A stretch of 64,000 nucleotides of DNA from an uncultured delta proteobacterium (GCA_963789265.1 CAWBKB010000001.1:1760001-1824000); one strand, 5' to 3'. Counted from the stretch's first letter, positions 29,220-40,377 are shown. Notes: a model not told the origin generated them from the sequence alone. Made by a program: numbers and translations.

Positions 29220-29770
29220 GGGGTTAGAGGGGATTCTTTCTATACCTTTGAATGCGAAGTCGGTACGACACGACCTGATCGATTACTAATCAGGAACCGG
29301 TCCGAGAATTATGTGTCCGAGCATTTGGAATGGTTGTGGCCGGAGATATGCGGTGTGTCAACGAAACGCAGCTTTGCTTATGGTACGCATGACGTGGCAA
29401 GCCACTTGGGCAGTGGAAATTTTGCCGGTGGCAAGCTACTACATGGTCCCTTGAAGGCTATATTTCGCCGGCCGCAAACGGCTCCCGAAGTGGCAGATTT
29501 GGCGACAGCCCTCCGGCGAGAAACAATTGAGTGCATTATAGTTGTTCAATAATCAACACCAATAATCGATAAGGGGTGTTGCCATCAATTGCTTTTGGAA
29601 AGTTCAAGTAACGGACTCTTGGAAATTCTCAATAGCTTAACGAGACTTGGAGGCGCGGGAATGGCGCAAAGCCACGAACTGGTGTCGGCGAGGCTTCACG
29701 TTTGAACGGGTACGCGCCAATTTGCGATTACCGTTGCCCTCTGCGCTCCCCATAAAAAGAAGGAGAAGTC

Positions 29771-30770
29771 ATGGAAACGACTCAACTACAAGGTATACCC
29801 ATCGGGGCATCTCGGATTGCCCTTGGCACTTGGGCCATCGGGGGCTGGATGTGGGGCGGCACCGAGGAAGAGGAATCGATCCGCACGATCCATGCCGCTC
29901 TTGACCATGGGATAACGGTGATCGACACCGCGCCGGTGTACGGATTCGGCCGATCGGAGGAGATCGTCGGCAAGGCCATTGCCCGCCGCGGCGGCAGAGA
30001 CCGGGTTATTATCGCCACAAAAGTTGCCCTGGAGTGGCAGGATGGGGCTGTCTTCCGCAATGCAACCGCTGCACGGATCGCATCCGAAATGGAGGACTCG
30101 CTTCGCAGGCTGCAAACCGACTACATCGACATATATCAGGTCCACTGGCCCGATCCTCTCGTTCCTTTCGAAGAGACCGCCACGGCTATGGCTAAGCTTT
30201 ACCAGGCGGGAAAGATACGCGCAATCGGTGTCAGCAACTATTCTCCCGCGCAGATGGATGTCTTTCGCCAGACAGCACCGATCCAGACCTGTCAGCCTCC
30301 TTACAACTTGTTCGAGCGGCAGATTGAGCAGGACGTGCTCCCCTACTGCAAGAAAAACGGTATTGCGCTGCTTACCTACGGAGCCCTTTGCCGCGGCCTG
30401 CTCAGTGGCAAGATGAAACCGGACACACAGTTCAGCGGCGATGACTTGCGAAAAATCGACCCCAAATTCCAACAGCCTCGCTTCGGTCAGTATCTGGCTG
30501 CGGTCAGCCGACTCGATCAGCTTGCCCGGGAGCGTCACGGCCAGGGAGTGATGCAGTTGGCGGTGCGGTGGATTCTCGATCAGGGAGTAGATATAGCCCT
30601 CTGGGGCTCTCGTCATCCCCATCAGGTGGAAGGAGTCGGCCCCGCGGATGGGTTGGACCCTCACAGCCGCTGATAAGGAGGAGATCGACCGCATTCTGAA
30701 TGAGACGATCACCGATCCGGTCGGCCCCGAATTCATGGCGCCTCCGGCGCGAAACGCAGAGGAAAAATAG
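29771..30770 (+). CDS. Aldo/keto reductase (YhdN-like; apparent frameshift near 30640)
   Basis: LGTWAIGG, DTAPVYGFG, IDIYQVHWPD, IGVSN, QPPYNL; C-terminal GWTL..DPVGPEFMAPP in another frame. Confidence 0.88.
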
Positions 30771-30820
30771 GTCGGTTGCCCGTCTGTCGGCGGGCATTGT
30801 ACTTACAGCGAGGTATTTTC

Positions 30821-31615
30821 ATGAATATTCAACTTTCCGGCAAAACCGCCATCGTCACGGGCTCGACAAAGGGTATCGGCTTCGCAATTGCCCGCGGCCT
30901 CGCGGATAGCGGCGCGACGGTTGTGATTAACGGTCGAACGGAGTCCGCGGTGAGTCGGGCCGTAGCGGCTGTGAAGGACGCAGCATCCGCGACAGGCGTG
31001 CGTGGAGTCGCCGCGGACCTTGCCACCGCGGCCGGGTGCGACGCTCTGGTGAATGCCGAACCGACCTGTGACATTCTTGTTAACAATCTGGGTATTTATG
31101 TCCACCAAGACTTCTTCGAGATTCCTGACAGCGAGTGGATGCGATTTTTCGAGATCAATGTCATGTCAGGTGTACGCATGTCCCGCGCATACATGCCCGC
31201 AATGATGGAGCGCAACTGGGGTAGAGTCGTGTTCCTGTCTTCGGAGTCCGCGCTGAATATTCCGCCGAACATGATTCACTACGGTTTTACCAAGACGGCG
31301 GTGCTGTCGATTGCGCGTGGTCTCGCCAAGCTCGCGGCCGGATCCGATGTGACGGTGAATGCCGTGCTGCCCGGACCGACTCGGTCGGATACTGTTGAAA
31401 AGATGTTGAAGGACATGGCAGAGAAGACAGGCCAGTCCATCGAACAGGCCGGCATCGCTTTCGTAAAGGCGAACAGGCCGTCCTCCATCATTCAGAGGAC
31501 AACCTCTCCGGAAGAAGTGGCTAACATGGTGGTCTACGTCGTGTCTCCTCAGGCGTCCGCGACCACGGGCGCCGCATTGCGGGTGGATGGCGGCATTGTC
31601 GACACGATCGCATAA
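30821..31615 (+). CDS. SDR family oxidoreductase
   Basis: TGSTKGIG, NNLG, YGFTK, LRVDGG. Confidence 0.92.
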   Translation: MNIQLSGKTAIVTGSTKGIGFAIARGLADSGATVVINGRTESAVSRAVAAVKDAASATGVRGVAADLATAAGCDALVNAEPTCDILVNNLGIYVHQDFFEIPDSEWMRFFEINVMSGVRMSRAYMPAMMERNWGRVVFLSSESALNIPPNMIHYGFTKTAVLSIARGLAKLAAGSDVTVNAVLPGPTRSDTVEKMLKDMAEKTGQSIEQAGIAFVKANRPSSIIQRTTSPEEVANMVVYVVSPQASATTGAALRVDGGIVDTIA

Positions 31616-31668
31616 TCGGCGTAAGTCAATTGGAGGACAACGCTCGAAGCAGATGAAGAGGTTAAGTT

Positions 31669-32559
31669 ATGAAGGTAGGGTTTATCGGATTGGGGCGTAT
31701 GGGATCCGGCATGGCCGCCAACCTGCTCAAGGCGGGTCATGAGGTCACGGTTTACAACCGGACGCCGAGCAAAGCACAAACGCTGGTCGAGCGAGGAGCG
31801 CACGCGACCGCCCAGGTTGCGGACACCTGCCGGGGCGAGGTCGTCATCACGATGCTGGCAGACGACGCGGCAGTTGAAAGCGTTGTTTTCGGCAACAATG
31901 GCGTGATAGGCAGCTTGAGCAAGGGTGGAATCCACATATCCATGAGCACGATCAGCGTCGCGCTATCAGAACGGCTCACTGACACGCACGAAAATTCCGG
32001 CCTGCGTTTTGTCGCGGCACCGGTTTTTGGACGGCCGGACATGGCGGCCGCGGGCAAACTATTCATCATTGCCGGCGGAGCCCCGGATGCCGTCGAGGCT
32101 TGCCGGCCTCTCTTCGAGGCCCTGGGACAGAAAACATTCGCGGCCGGCGACCGGCCTCAGGACGCTAACTTGATTAAGCTCAGCGGCAACTTCCTCATAG
32201 CTTCGACCATCGAGGCCCTGGGTGAGGCCATGGCGCTCGTCGGCAAGGCGGGCATAGATCGAAGCCATTATCTCGATATTCTGACCTCGACGCTCTTCAC
32301 TGCACCAATTCATAGGACATACGGTGAGCTGATCGCAAAGGAGAAGTTCGAGCCGGCCGGGTTCGCCGCGCCGTTAGGACACAAGGATATCCGCCTCACT
32401 CTTGCCGCAGCGGAAAGCCTTCTCGTGCCCATGCCGCTCGCGAGCCTGTTACGGGATCGGTTGTTGACTCTTCTTGCTAAAGGAGGCGAAGCCCTCGACT
32501 GGTCGGCTATCGGGCAGCTTTCCTCAACGGACTCGGGGCAGGTGGACCGACACCGGTGA
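31669..32559 (+). CDS. NAD(P)-dependent beta-hydroxyacid dehydrogenase family
   Basis: GFIGLGRMG, YNRT, APVFG, KLSGNF, KDIRL. Confidence 0.9.
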   Translation: MKVGFIGLGRMGSGMAANLLKAGHEVTVYNRTPSKAQTLVERGAHATAQVADTCRGEVVITMLADDAAVESVVFGNNGVIGSLSKGGIHISMSTISVALSERLTDTHENSGLRFVAAPVFGRPDMAAAGKLFIIAGGAPDAVEACRPLFEALGQKTFAAGDRPQDANLIKLSGNFLIASTIEALGEAMALVGKAGIDRSHYLDILTSTLFTAPIHRTYGELIAKEKFEPAGFAAPLGHKDIRLTLAAAESLLVPMPLASLLRDRLLTLLAKGGEALDWSAIGQLSSTDSGQVDRHR

Positions 32560-32811
32560 CAAGGGCGATATAGAGAGGACGCTCTTGTATTAGCTTGCGG
32601 CAAGCAGGAATCGGCAAAAAAAAGATTGACTCCAAGAGTCGACTCGGTAATTATGATAAATAGTAATTCGGTCGACGCGTCGAATGCTGCTTTCAACCGA
32701 TTAACGAAAGGAGCATGATGGAAGAACCCGATAAGAGTTCAAAAACCTAATATAGGGCAACGAAGGCAACAGGAAAAATTCCTGTTGTAACTATGGGTAC
32801 TAAGACTCATG

Positions 32812-32848
32812 AAACGGAACTGAGCGATCAGTTCCGTTTTCTATTTTT
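32812..32848 (+). terminator. Intrinsic terminator hairpin
   Basis: AAACGGAACTGA-GCGA-TCAGTTCCGTTTT followed by CTATTTTT. Confidence 0.65.
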
Positions 32849-33006
32849 CACCCTCTGTTGCCTTTCCGGTTGTGTTCCCCAGAGCGACAGAGCTCTTGAG
32901 GCCGTGAAAATATGCGGTGGTAATATTCCGGCAAATTTGCAAGTTCCGATTTGACGGTTTAACGTTCGTGGCCCCCTCACGTCAGAGTTATTGTGCATCC
33001 GGGTTC

Positions 33007-33067
33007 ATCCGGTGCGCCAAGGCTCCTCATCACCTCCCCCCCCAGCCGTGGCGCACTGGATTCTTTT
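33007..33067 (+). ncRNA. Candidate structured RNA hairpin with anti-SD-like loop
   Basis: ATCCGGTGCGCCA/TGGCGCACTGGAT stem; loop CCTCATCACCTCCCCCCCC; followed by TCTTTT. Confidence 0.35.
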
Positions 33068-33621
33068 CGGCCTGAGGACTTCGCCAAGATGTCGGCGCTA
33101 CGGCAGCCATGTGAGTGCGGTCAATGGACGACAAGATGGCTTCTTGGCCGTGCCCGGTGCGAATGGGAGACCCCATCATCATTGATTCTATCCTGTTGAG
33201 GCCAGACCAAAGAAGACTCGTTGCGAGGTTGAATCAATTCGTGAAAACGCAAGTCATTGGTTCCTGCGCCATGACGATAAAAACACCCGAATGTCGCTGC
33301 GCCGATAAGTCAGCTTTGCTTAGCAGGTCGCCGGCCTAAGGGGCCTCATCTTGTCCTCGTCCCGGTACCACCAGGTTGCCATCTGGCGAGGGTCAAGAAA
33401 TTCTGGTTGACGTAGGAGTGTACGCTGAAGTACGGTCAAAAACAGTGACAAACAGGCTCTGTCAACAACATGGCGACGGTTTTGCCGACCTGCTGTTTTG
33501 TGAGGGACCGTACGGCCTCTTATTGGGTGTAAAGGAGACACTGCCAGGACCGGATTCCGGGGGCAAACGTCTTAGAATTGGCAAGCCCGCCGCATAATCT
33601 CGGCAAAGAGAGGAGGGAGTT

Positions 33622-34194
33622 ATGACAACCAGCGTGGAAAAAACCGAGTTCAATCCCGTGCAAGAAGTGTTTGGAGAAGTGCAGGCGAACTGGGGCTGGC
33701 TTCTGGCTCTCGGGATCGTCTTCGTGATCCTGGGATTCATTGGATTGGGGATGACCTTTGCGGTAACTGTGGCGAGCGTCCTTATGTATGGCGTCCTCTT
33801 GCTCATAGGCGCGGGTGCTCAATTCGTGGACGCGGCTAAGTGCAAAGGATGGAAGGGCATCATCTGGCACGTGCTCATAGCGTTGCTCTATGTAGTTGCC
33901 GGCATCGTAGTGATTCAGAACCCATTGGCCGCATCCGTAATCCTCACCCTGGCCCTCGCAGGAGCGCTCATTGTTGTCGGCCTGGCAAGGGCTATTATGG
34001 CCGTTCAGATGCACGCGGCCAGGAACTGGGTGTGGCCGTTTCTGGGCGGACTGGTCTCCATCATCCTGGGATGCATCATCATGGCCCATTGGCCGGTGTC
34101 GGGCCTATGGATAATAGGACTCTTTGTTTCAATAGAATTGATGGTGCACGGCTGGTCGTACATCTTTATCGCTTTGTCGGCTAAGGGTGCTTGA
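33622..34194 (+). CDS. hdeD: HdeD/DUF308 membrane protein
   Basis: NWGWLLALGI..WPVSGLWIIGLFVSIELMVHGW; 6 TMs; SD GGAGG. Confidence 0.85.
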   Translation: MTTSVEKTEFNPVQEVFGEVQANWGWLLALGIVFVILGFIGLGMTFAVTVASVLMYGVLLLIGAGAQFVDAAKCKGWKGIIWHVLIALLYVVAGIVVIQNPLAASVILTLALAGALIVVGLARAIMAVQMHAARNWVWPFLGGLVSIILGCIIMAHWPVSGLWIIGLFVSIELMVHGWSYIFIALSAKGA

Positions 34195-34448
34195 GTTGCA
34201 CCAGACCCCGGCGTCGGATGAGCCTCTGAAAATCCTAAAGAATGTGGATGTCCAAGTCATTCAAGGACATGCCGAACACGATGGATTCGGTTGCCGGCTG
34301 GTACGGGGGCGTCCCGAGACCGCCTGATCGGTACGCGGCTCAATAGCGTGAATTGAGTATGGTTTCCACGGAATTCAATAGAATTCCGAGCTTCGGTGTG
34401 GCGCATGAGTCGTGTTGATGGTCCGTCAGAAAATGAGGGAGCTGATCC

Positions 34449-34652
34449 ATGGACGCGACAACCCTGTTGTTTGGAGTAATTTTTGGCTCATTAGGCATGG
34501 GATATATTGTATACGGAAGGAAACAAAAAAGAGGTATAGCCTTGCTTTCAGGGTTTGTCCTGTGCGGACTGCCTTATTTCGTTTCTAATATCTTCTTGCT
34601 CCTGACCGCGAGCGTTGCAGTCGCGGCGTTGCCATTTGTTCTCCCGTACTGA
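34449..34652 (+). CDS. Small membrane protein
   Basis: 67-aa ORF, LLFGVIFGSLGMGYIVYGRKQ; SD GAGGGAG. Confidence 0.75.
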   Translation: MDATTLLFGVIFGSLGMGYIVYGRKQKRGIALLSGFVLCGLPYFVSNIFLLLTASVAVAALPFVLPY

Positions 34653-34739
34653 TGTCACGTAGAGAATTTAGCGCCTTTTTGGAACGAATCTGGGATATCA
34701 TTGTCGACGGCCGACCCGCGTGGCAAAATCCAAGCCATC

Positions 34740-34919
34740 AAGGTCGATAAGCTCGCGACTGAGGCCATTAAGCGCCAACGCCTGACCGCGCTGGGCTGTT
34801 CGCTGCCGGCTGCGCTCCATTTTGTGGCGGTGGATTTTCCGCAGGAGGACCTGCCGCACGCTCCCAATCGGTCGTGCCACGATACCGACATTCCTACCTT
34901 TTTCAGTTGGCCTGGCGTG
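34740..34919 (+). pseudogene. Fragment of a class I SAM-dependent methyltransferase (LCM/TIGR00027-like), ending at MITE B
   Basis: KRQRLTALG..LHFVAVDF..EDL..TFFSWPGV, no start or C-terminus. Confidence 0.55.
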
Positions 34920-35323
34920 ATACCAGTGCGCCATCAAACAAGTAACAATCTCCGCGAGGATATGGTGGGGCATCCCGCGCGGAACGCGGGACTGCCTGCC
35001 ATTCGTCACCCCGGGCTCCGATCCGGGGTCCAGTCTGGATGCCCGCGTACGCAGGCATGACGACAGGCAATCACGCCCGGGCGCATAGGCGTTAATTTAA
35101 GGCAATTTCGTTCCTTTTCAAGAGGTGAATGCAGGCCGAGGGCGATCAAAGTCCCCCTTTTTTAAAGGGGGATTTAGGGGGATTTTCAATGAGTTATCCG
35201 AAAATCCCCCCTGGCCCCCCTTTACGAAAGGGGGGAATAAATCGTTAACTTAACGCCTATGTGCCCCCGGCGGGACTGTCCTGCCAGAAACACGCTGTCT
35301 CTTGCTTGAAAACGAATCGGTAT
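34920..35323 (+). mobile_element. MITE family B copy 2, containing a nested family C element
   Basis: ATACCAGTGCGCCATCAAACAAGT / CTTGCTTGAAAACGAATCGGTAT ends. Confidence 0.75.
35084..35261. mobile_element. MITE family C copy 2
   Basis: TIR CATAGGCGTTAA / TTAACGCCTATG; same cargo type as 29043-29219. Confidence 0.75.
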
Positions 35324-35510
35324 TGAACGTGGTTTACTGCGGCAGGACAATGGGAATTGGCTCAAATGAGGTTTTGGGAGGGCAACGGAAATCTGAAGAG
35401 ACAGTGAAACCTTGAGGAGTGCGTCTGAATAGTGGCGTGAACCTGAAAAAAGTGAGAAAGATTATCGGCGGCTGGAAAGTCCAAAGTTGTACAAGAGGCA
35501 CACGGTGTTT

Positions 35511-35837
35511 ATGGCAAGAGCGGCTGTTCTCTTTCTATTTGCGGGTCTGGCGGAAATTGGCGGGGGCTATCTGGTATGGCTTTGGCTGCGGGAAGACAAG
35601 CCTTACTGGTACGGGATTATCGGCGGAGTGATTCTCTTCCTCTATGGAATCATCCCCACGATGCAGAGTTTTCCTCACTTCGGAAGGATTTACGCTGCAT
35701 ACGGCGGCGTTTTCATTGTCCTGTCCCTATTGTGGGGATGGGGTGTAGATCGTAAAACCCCGGACTTATATGACGGTATAGGAGCCGCTATCTGCTTGGT
35801 CGGGATATATGTGATCCTCTGGAGTCCGAGGAATTAA
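35511..35837 (+). CDS. ynfA: YnfA/UPF0060 family membrane protein
   Basis: [31 protein letters not shown]. Confidence 0.9.
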   Translation: MARAAVLFLFAGLAEIGGGYLVWLWLREDKPYWYGIIGGVILFLYGIIPTMQSFPHFGRIYAAYGGVFIVLSLLWGWGVDRKTPDLYDGIGAAICLVGIYVILWSPRN

Positions 35838-36016
35838 ACCTGTTGATAGCCCTTCGACGGTACAATCGAACACCGGAATTTGGGGGACACCATGCTTATT
35901 CCTTTTCGGCCGCGGACTGGCGGCGACTTACGTTAAGGACTGCAGGGTTGCAAGCTTGACGTGGCCGGTGGCTGCGTGTGAAAGACAGAATCACGAGTGG
36001 GGCCATGCCGCTATGA

Positions 36017-36151
36017 GAGAGGACCAGTCGAGGCCTGTTCGTGGTGTTCACTGTCCGAGGAGACACAATCCGCGTGATTTCGGCCCGCGACATGAATCGA
36101 AATGAGAGACGGATTTACGATGAAAAAGAAAATTCCGAAATTCGAGACTGA
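36017..36151 (+). pseudogene. BrnT toxin C-terminal remnant
   Basis: GLFVVFTVRGDTIRVISARDMNRNERRIY; in-frame TGA upstream, N-terminus absent. Confidence 0.7.
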
Positions 36152-36383
36152 AAACCAGGAACGCGAGTTTTGGGCAAGCCACGACTCAACCGAGTACGTG
36201 GGCTGGGATAAAGCGAAACGAGTGAAATTCCCCAATCTGAAGCTGTCTACCAGGACTATTTCTATCAGGCTTCCTCAGTCGATGCTGGATGACCTGAAGA
36301 TGCTGACAAACAAAAGAGATGTTCCGTATCAATCATTGCTGAAGGTCTACCTGGCAAAGCGCATCAAAGAAGAGCTTGGATAA
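36120..36383 (+). CDS. BrnA/CopG family antitoxin
   Basis: IPKFETE..EREFWASHDS..TISIRL..DVPYQSL. Confidence 0.85.
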   Translation: MKKKIPKFETENQEREFWASHDSTEYVGWDKAKRVKFPNLKLSTRTISIRLPQSMLDDLKMLTNKRDVPYQSLLKVYLAKRIKEELG

Positions 36384-36530
36384 AGACCGGCACACCAAAG
36401 AGACAACGGCCACACCCGTAGCCGGGGCATTGTGCGATGATATCCAAGGACTTCATAACAAATCAATTGGTGCTACCTGTGCTGTTATCCAGATTAGTGA
36501 TATAACATGATTACATGATGGGGCAATACT

Positions 36531-36860
36531 ATGACAACGCCAAGTGAAATCGAGGAGTTGTTGGCGTCACTAAGCCGTGCAGAAAAAGCGGAACTGCTGC
36601 AATGGATAGTCCGTGATCTCGGCGATGCGTTCCCCGGGATCGAGAGCAATCCCCTGGTGAGCGGTGGCGAGGCATGTATCGTCCGCACACGGATTCCGGT
36701 CTGGGTTCTGGCTCGAGCGAGAAACCTGGGGATGAGTGAGGCAGACATTCTCCAGTCCTACCCTACCCTGCGTGCCCAGGATCTTGCCAATGCCTGGGCC
36801 TTTTACCGTTCGCACCGGGATGAAATCGACCGCCAGATCCGGGACAACGAGGCCGCATAG
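36531..36860 (+). CDS. DUF433 domain protein (putative antitoxin)
   Basis: PLVSGGEACIVRTRIPVW..ILQSYPTL. Confidence 0.88.
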   Translation: MTTPSEIEELLASLSRAEKAELLQWIVRDLGDAFPGIESNPLVSGGEACIVRTRIPVWVLARARNLGMSEADILQSYPTLRAQDLANAWAFYRSHRDEIDRQIRDNEAA

Positions 36861-36865
36861 AAGGC

Positions 36866-37204
36866 ATGGCTCGGATATACTCCAATGAGAACGTCCCGCT
36901 CCCTGTTGTTGAAGAGTTGCGGCGACTTGGCCACGACGTTCTTACAACCTCGGATGCCGGTAATGCGGGAAAGGCGCTGCCTGATGAGGCAGTCTTGGCC
37001 TTTGCTGTGGCACAAAACCGGATATTAATCACGCTCAACCGGAAACATTTTATTCGACTGCATGCGTCTAATCCAGATCATCACGGCATAATCGTTTGTT
37101 CGGTCGATCCTGATTTCATTTCGCAAGCACGTCGGATTCATGAGTCTATGGATGCATGCGGATCGATCGAGGGCAAGTTGATTCGGGTGAATCGTTCGCC
37201 TTAG
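36866..37204 (+). CDS. DUF5615 PIN-like protein (putative toxin)
   Basis: YSNENVP..LGHDVLT..DEAVL..RILITLNRKHF..HHGII. Confidence 0.85.
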   Translation: MARIYSNENVPLPVVEELRRLGHDVLTTSDAGNAGKALPDEAVLAFAVAQNRILITLNRKHFIRLHASNPDHHGIIVCSVDPDFISQARRIHESMDACGSIEGKLIRVNRSP

Positions 37205-37286
37205 GGGTCGATGCAGTTCTCGTTTATCACCATGTCGTAAGTGGACTCAATTTGGCAAACCGCTGACAAATGCAAAGGGGGTTCGG

Positions 37287-39495
37287 ATGTTCAAAGCTGG
37301 CCAGCCCATTCAGGACCGTGATGAGGACAGCCTAGGGCGGTGGCCCTTTGCTCTTTCATTGGCGGAAGCCATATTGGGCTATCAGGAAACGGAAAGCATT
37401 GCTATCGGCCTTTATGGAACGTGGGGGGCAGGCAAAACGTCCGTGCTTAACCTACTGGAACATGCCATTTATCTGAGATCTGTGGAAATCTCTCCCCAAC
37501 GAAGACCGGTGATTGTCCATTTTAATCCGTGGCACTATTCGGATCAAAACCAACTGATCGCCATGTTTTTTAGGGACTTATCAATAAACACTGGAAACAA
37601 GCTAAGCGACGAAAAGGCTAAGCGGATAAGTGAGCTGTTTGATTCTTTATCTTTATATTTTTTCTGCTTGGCGGCGATTCCTCAGGCTGCTCCTGTGACG
37701 ATAGGCGCAGCTATCACACTTAAGACTTTGGGAGAACTGTTCAAGAGATTTACGAATCACTTCCGCCGAGACCACGGTCCCGATTTGATCCAGTTGAAAA
37801 AGGAACTCGACCTCATATTGAGCACAATTCAGAACAAAATAGTTATTATCATGGATGACATTGACCGATTAAACAGCACCGAGATTAGGCAAATATTCCA
37901 GTTGGTCAAGTCCGTGGCCGACTTCAAGAACACTGACTACGTGCTTGCCTTCGACAAGAAAGTGGTCATAAAGGCATTAGATAAAGTTCAGGAAAAGACA
38001 GGGCAGCTCTACTTGGAAAAGATTGTACCCGTTTGCTTCGACATTGTTTCGCCTGACCGGTCAAGAATCAGAAAAGAATTACATGATCGACTTAAGGCAA
38101 TCGTCGCGGACGCGTGGGAGGAGAAAATCTGGGAAGGTTTGTACGCGGATAGGTTGCGCCCTTTCTTTTCAACTCTTAGAGATGTAACACGGTTTCTCAA
38201 CACATTTCTGTTCAGCTACGGGCTGCTCGCTCATGACGTCAGGTTTGAGGATTTGGCCGTCATCACTGCTATTCAAGTTCACGAGCCGGCCATATATAGT
38301 GAAATCCATAAGAATAAAGGCCTATTTGCCGGGGAATATCGCAGGAGCCCCATCTCGGCTATGATGAGCGATAGCAGTGAGTCCCAACTCAAGGAGCATC
38401 TCAAACAAGAGTGCGAAAAGATACTTAAGCTGTCAACTAAGATTCCCGTTGAGGAATTGCGAGAGGTTGTGAAAATTACGTTTCCAAGAATTGATGCAAT
38501 CTATAGCTCAAGTACGACTGAATCGGACGGGGAATCGGAATGGCGCACAAAAAAAAGAATATGTAGCCCGGAGTATTTCAGCAGGTATTTCAAGCTGCTC
38601 TTATCAGCCGATGAGTTTTCCCAAAAAGAACTCGATGCGATTTTATCCACGGCGGTGGACACGGCACAGTTCCTCGGTGAACTCGAAAGACTGAGACATG
38701 GAAATCGTCTCTCTGAATTTCTCGAGACCATGCAATTCTTAATATCGCGGCAACTTGTCAGAGCAGCAAATCTCAATTGTTATGACTGCTTTGCTCAATA
38801 TCGATGACATTTTCCGGACCGTACAAAGTGGCAAATTAGGGTGGCTAGTGGCGTCACAAATTAGTGAGATAGTTTCAGCATTCTCTCGCGGCTTAGACTC
38901 CCTCGAAAAGCGATTTCAGGTGATATCCGAGGCCATTCGCACGGCTAAAGCTAGCAAAAGTATATTTGCCATCGTATGGGCCGTTTACGATGAGCATAAG
39001 GTTCATGCAGATTTACCTGTTGGGACCATGCTGCCTAAATATAAGTTGGAACGCTTGATGGTCGACGGCACGCAGCTTGATGAGTTAAAACGTCTGGTAT
39101 CAGCCATGATCCTTGAGCGAGCGTGTGACGGCAGATTGCTTACAGAAGAAGGACTTCCTCACTTACTCTATGAATGGAAGCCGTGGGCAAGGCCCGAAGA
39201 CTTCGATATATGTACTGGCCTTTTGACATCCAAAGGCCATTTGATAGACTTCTTGGCATGCTTCAATCCGCGCCCGGATAACGACTTACCGACTAAGAAA
39301 ATCTTCACCTTGAAAGCGCTGGAAGGAATACTCGATATTAGCAAAATCCTGCCACGAATCCGATCCATTTACGAGTCTCCATCATTTGAAGCACTGGAAG
39401 AAGACAAGAAAGCGGCCATAAAAGCCATTATCGAACATCAAGGTGCAACGTCGCACGAACAAGCGGAAAGCTCGTCTGGGAACACCGCGGATTAA
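37287..39495 (+). CDS. KAP family P-loop NTPase (apparent frameshift near 38757)
   Basis: GTWGAGKTS, FNPW, MDDIDRL, YLEKIV; AT-richer than flanks; C-terminal part in another frame. Confidence 0.85.
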
Positions 39496-39834
39496 TCGCT
39501 GCCGCACGGTCCCAGGATTTGTGGATATCCTGATACCTATTCTTCTTGGTCTCAAGCTTCCGGGAAATTCTGGGCACACCGCAATAATTTCCTCTCATAC
39601 ATGGGTCGTGCAGCAACGTCTGCGCCAGTAGAACGCTAATCAGGCCTGCTCAAGGTTGCTCAAGAACGTGTTGTCGCGGCGGCATCCCCGGCCCCTGTCT
39701 CCCCGGATCGATTTCTTACTAGGATACGCACTCGAATCCTGAGATTCGCTGCCTGCCCTTCCCTTCCTTTCCGCCTTCTCCTACAGCTTGGAAAACTGTA
39801 TAATGAACCCGGAAGCCAGGAAAGGAGCACAAAT

Positions 39835-40332
39835 ATGAGAGATATCGGCAAGAATGAATTGAAGGAATTGTTGCTCAAATGCTGGATGACACACGACGGG
39901 ATGTGGTTCTATCATTCCATGCAGAACCTGGGCATTGAAAAGGCCAATCAAATAAACAAAGCCGCAATGAAGTCGCTTGCGGGCATAGAAATGGAGAGGA
40001 TCCGAAAGGCCTTTGGTCTCAAAGAGATTGAAACTTTTGAAGAACTTAAGACACTGTCTCATGCCGCGTTCGGAGTGCTTACGGATGATTTCATGGGATT
40101 AAGTTACGGTTTTCCTTCAGAAAATGATATGCACTGGGAGATGAGCAAATGCTTCGCCCATGCTGGAATGACAAGACTTGGGGTCATCGAACAGTATGAA
40201 TGCGGGGTTGTTTTCAGAGTGATGTGCTGGTTCGATCACCTGGGGGTAAAATATGTCGTCACTCCACGATCTGACCGCTGCCTCATGCTCGTTAGCGGTA
40301 GTTGCCGCGGAGACTTCAAGTTTTCCTTTTAA
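39835..40332 (+). CDS. DUF6125-like hypothetical protein
   Basis: KCWMTHDGMWF..KCFAH..YECG..CLM...C; SD AGGAG. Confidence 0.7.
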   Translation: MRDIGKNELKELLLKCWMTHDGMWFYHSMQNLGIEKANQINKAAMKSLAGIEMERIRKAFGLKEIETFEELKTLSHAAFGVLTDDFMGLSYGFPSENDMHWEMSKCFAHAGMTRLGVIEQYECGVVFRVMCWFDHLGVKYVVTPRSDRCLMLVSGSCRGDFKFSF

Positions 40333-40377
40333 GCGTCGCCCGGAACTTGAACCAGAGGCGATCAGCATCTTATTTCC

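Noticed and set aside
29394..29510. Repeated GTGGCAAGC.ACT motifs as activator sites
   Set aside because: No convincing sigma54 -24/-12 promoter found downstream; too short to support.
32970..32978. GGCCCCCTC exactly complementary to the SD region at 6839-6847
   Set aside because: A 9-nt GC-rich match is expected by chance in 64 kb.
33115..33597. Short ORFs on both strands, possibly a gene remnant
   Set aside because: No family motif could be recognised with confidence.
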